A stretch of DNA of 63,690 nt, counting the filler, from Craspedostauros australis (taxonomy: Eukaryota): NCBI GenBank assembly GCA_030167865.1. It is 24 parts of 24 records of this genome, joined end to end, with 100 filler letters (N's around TTAATTAATTAA, not from the genome) between each part and the next. Parts side by side here need not be neighbours in the genome. Positions count along the whole stretch, not along the records: positions 60,895 to 63,690 come from JALAGF010002999.1; 23 more parts are not named here. One strand, 5' to 3'. This document shows, in pieces, positions 60,977 through 63,690 of the stretch; position 1 is the stretch's first letter, and every line of letters starts with the position of its first letter. The notes under the pieces are model-generated. The model was given only the letters and a program-made list of their open reading frames with translations. It had not been told where the DNA came from and ran no database searches. A program made the position numbers and the translations under genes.

Positions 60977-63371
60977 GAGTAAGTCAGGTGCTCTGGCCTG
61001 CACAATGAAATTGGTGAGCGCCTCTGGCGCCATCGCCTCTCTGCTGAGCGGCTTGGCCCAGATGAATTTGGACTCGCTGTGTGCAAAGAGCTGGAAGCAC
61101 TTGTAGTGTCAAATGGATGGGACCGTGGAGAAGAATGGATCGGTTTCCACTCTTCCCTTGATTCGGTGTGACCGTAGCGCGCCCGCTCGCTGCGCACGGT
61201 ACTGCCTTGGGATGAGTCTTGACTCCGTGTCGATGGGAGTATCGGCCAGCTGCGTCGATGCTGCTTTCGTTTTCTCGACCACCTGTTGTGGGAGATGCCA
61301 AAAGACCTTGTTGAAGTCAACACTGGTGTGGGATCGCCAAATGCGTCTGTGTCTGTCGCATATAGTAATATGCTTAGTTTGAGTTTGCTCGCGAGCTGTC
61401 GGTTTACGAATTGGGATGCGCAGGATATTGCCGTCGTGATTGGCCAGCGGGATGCTGATGTCGCCAGACGATATCTGTTGCTGCCTGTTGTATTGTCGAA
61501 GCCGATCGTAGATGCTGATGTCGGACGTGCGCATGTGGTGTGTATTGAACAGTGACTGCATCTGCTGTGGATGCTTGTCAAGAGACATGTAATATGCCTT
61601 GATGAGGATCATTCCGCCTTCTGGCGGCTCGTACGCTGCCACTGTGTCAACCATTGGAAACGTCTCGATTTGCGAGTCCACTGTCGCCACTTGGGGTGGA
61701 ACTGCTGCTGGTGATTTTGGGCTACCACCCATCCAGACTTATGAACAATGTCACCGTCCGCGCCTGAGTCTAGAATGATATAGCTGTTGCTACTATTCGT
61801 TACTCTTGACCGTCGAATTGTGTGCTCTGTATGTGGGTCGGCGCTTCTTGGACGCGAATCTCGTAGCATATCTGGGGTCATATGCCCTGGCCCGCTCTCC
61901 GCGGCCTTTTGCGTCAAGTCCACACTGTCTTGGTCCTTGATGTATATGGCGACCCCCGACTGCCGGCACAAAGCGCCCATCATTGGTTGTCAGGAGCCAT
62001 TGTCACATGGTCCATACTTCTTGGTTCGATTGGTCTTGTTGCCGAATCTGGTGCGCTTGTTGGGTTTGCGCTGAGTGTGATGCTCCTGGGTCTTCGCGCA
62101 CTCAGCGGGTTTGTTGCACTTGAACGTCTCCTTGCTGATGAGTTCTCCTGTCTCGCGCAAGTGACGCGAGGATTCCACCACAATCATTTGTGCAGGGGCG
62201 GGAAGGCTACAGAATATAATGTCTGGTAGTTGGTACATCGGTGGTTTCTTGTGATCCCCGGATGTAGATTCAAATGGTCGCTTGCGGTCCGTTCGCCTGT
62301 CCTTCTGGTGTGCGCGTCGATTGCGCCATGGAGATCTGTCGATCTCCGCGTTGGAGAGGACCTTGTTGTGCTTCATGAGAGTCTCGCGGACCCAATTGAA
62401 GGACTCGTCTGTCTCTTGGAGGCGAGAGACCATACTGGTGAATCGCTCATCGCGAATGTTGCGGAAGAATCTTGCAGCCTTCTGCTTGTCGCTCATTGCC
62501 GTTCCGTTGTCTTCTATTGCCTGAACAGACATGGAGAAGTCATTGACGAACGCGCTGAACGGTCCAGATCCGTCGTAGACGAGTTTGGACAGTTTGTCTT
62601 CCTCTGTTGCCACATTGTCAGCCCTGTTCTCAGTGGATTCGTATGTGCAGATAAGGGCCTGGAAGGCTGCATGACCACTGTCTCTTTCTGCGAGGATCAT
62701 GTAGTTAGCGTGTCCTTTGCACGTTTTCGAGTTGAGCACTGTGTAGAACTGGGTGTCGACATCCTTGTGGTAGTGGGCCTGGCGTGTCTCTTGCATGTAG
62801 TCTGCGTATCTGGTCGTGACCAGCTGGCGGATGAAGTCGATCTTCCACTGGTACCATTCGATGTTGAGTCCGCTGAATGGCTCCACCTCTAGCAGGGTGA
62901 CTTGTCATACTTCCATCCAGTTGACGTTGATGGCGATTGGCATACTTCCAGTGGGTGTCTTGGTGAGTGTACCACAACCTTGCAGCTCATTGCCTCAGCG
63001 AGTCCACGATTGGCAGCTTCCTTCATCGCGAGTTTCAATCGCATTTGGGTTGCCTTGCTGGTGACAGGAGTCTCGATGGTTGGTACCTCATACCCGGTCG
63101 TTGTAGTGAACTCGTTGATGGCTGCCCAATCGGTTGCTTGGTTGATTTGCCATTCTTTTGCGAAAGCGAAGATGCGAAGGATGTTCTCAATGTTGATCGA
63201 GGTGAGTGTTGGTGAGAGAGCCAGTGCTTGGATGATGTTTTTTTCTGGACTCTTGATGGCACGTTCGATCCTTCCAAGTTGATTGTTGATGAACTCCATT
63301 TCTTTGTCATCGAGGTCAGCAAGTTCCTTGGTTATGGCTGTCAAAGCTCGGTTGTTGATCAGTCTCGCCAT
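60977..63371 (-). pseudogene. Decayed copia gag-protease-integrase start, truncated by arm D
   Basis: Gag 'PFSGLNIEWYQWK', protease 'ILDSGAD', 'VETDPFFS'; frameshifts. Confidence 0.85.
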
Positions 63372-63415
63372 GGTGGCTGATGTTGAAAAGGTGATAAGCT
63401 TGTTGGTAAACCACA

Positions 63416-63425
63416 ACTCTTAATC
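63416..63425 (-). promoter_or_regulatory. Putative primer-binding site GATTAAGAGT directly after an LTR-like TGACA end (63426)
   Basis: Complementary to ACUCUUAAUC of the tRNA-Lys(CUU) anticodon arm; about 45 nt upstream of the gag ATG. Confidence 0.5.
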
Positions 63426-63690
63426 TGTCAAAGTGCACAAGTAACTACTGGAGACATATTGGCCCGTTGTTGCGTGCCCTGGTCAGAGCTCTTGTTCTTT
63501 TATTGTGAGTTTTCCGAGGACAATTTCCAACCAGTACTTTGACTCATATGATTAGAAAAGAGGTAAAAAGTATGGAGAAAGCTGTCACCTGCCATCGTCA
63601 CCATCGTTTCTCTTACCAACACCACCTTCATTGCCATCACCATTACCTTCCGTGATGGGATCATTCAGGTTGCTTTCCCCATCACCATCT

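Overview
Repeat-rich eukaryotic DNA, most likely from a diatom or related stramenopile (inferred from the gene families; not verified). The window is not one locus. It is about 24 small contigs joined by 23 artificial N-TTAATTAATTAA-N linkers, so adjacency across a linker means nothing. Content is mostly transposon material: several Ty1/copia (CoDi-like) gag and pol pieces, four fragments of a Sola3-like DDD transposase, a DD39D-type mariner pseudogene, an intron-containing PIF/Harbinger DDE gene, a decayed LINE RNase H and three copies of a Cys-rich ORF. It also has satellites of 8, 13, 29, ~190 and ~214 bp, telomere-like motifs, and two host-like genes (a TPR-like region of an AAA-ATPase/sensor-kinase type protein, and an ankyrin protein). 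The most unusual signal is a set of 0.5-0.8 kb non-coding modules ending 5'-TGTYR...YRACA-3'. They are built from mix-and-match arms, show no primer-binding site and no clean target-site duplication, and join unrelated, mostly TE-derived coding fragments that are cut at the module ends. The copia gag-pol junctions also show recoding signals: in-frame TGA (one with CARYYA) and a G-GAT-TTT slippery site with a hairpin. One copia has a putative half-tRNA-Lys primer site.
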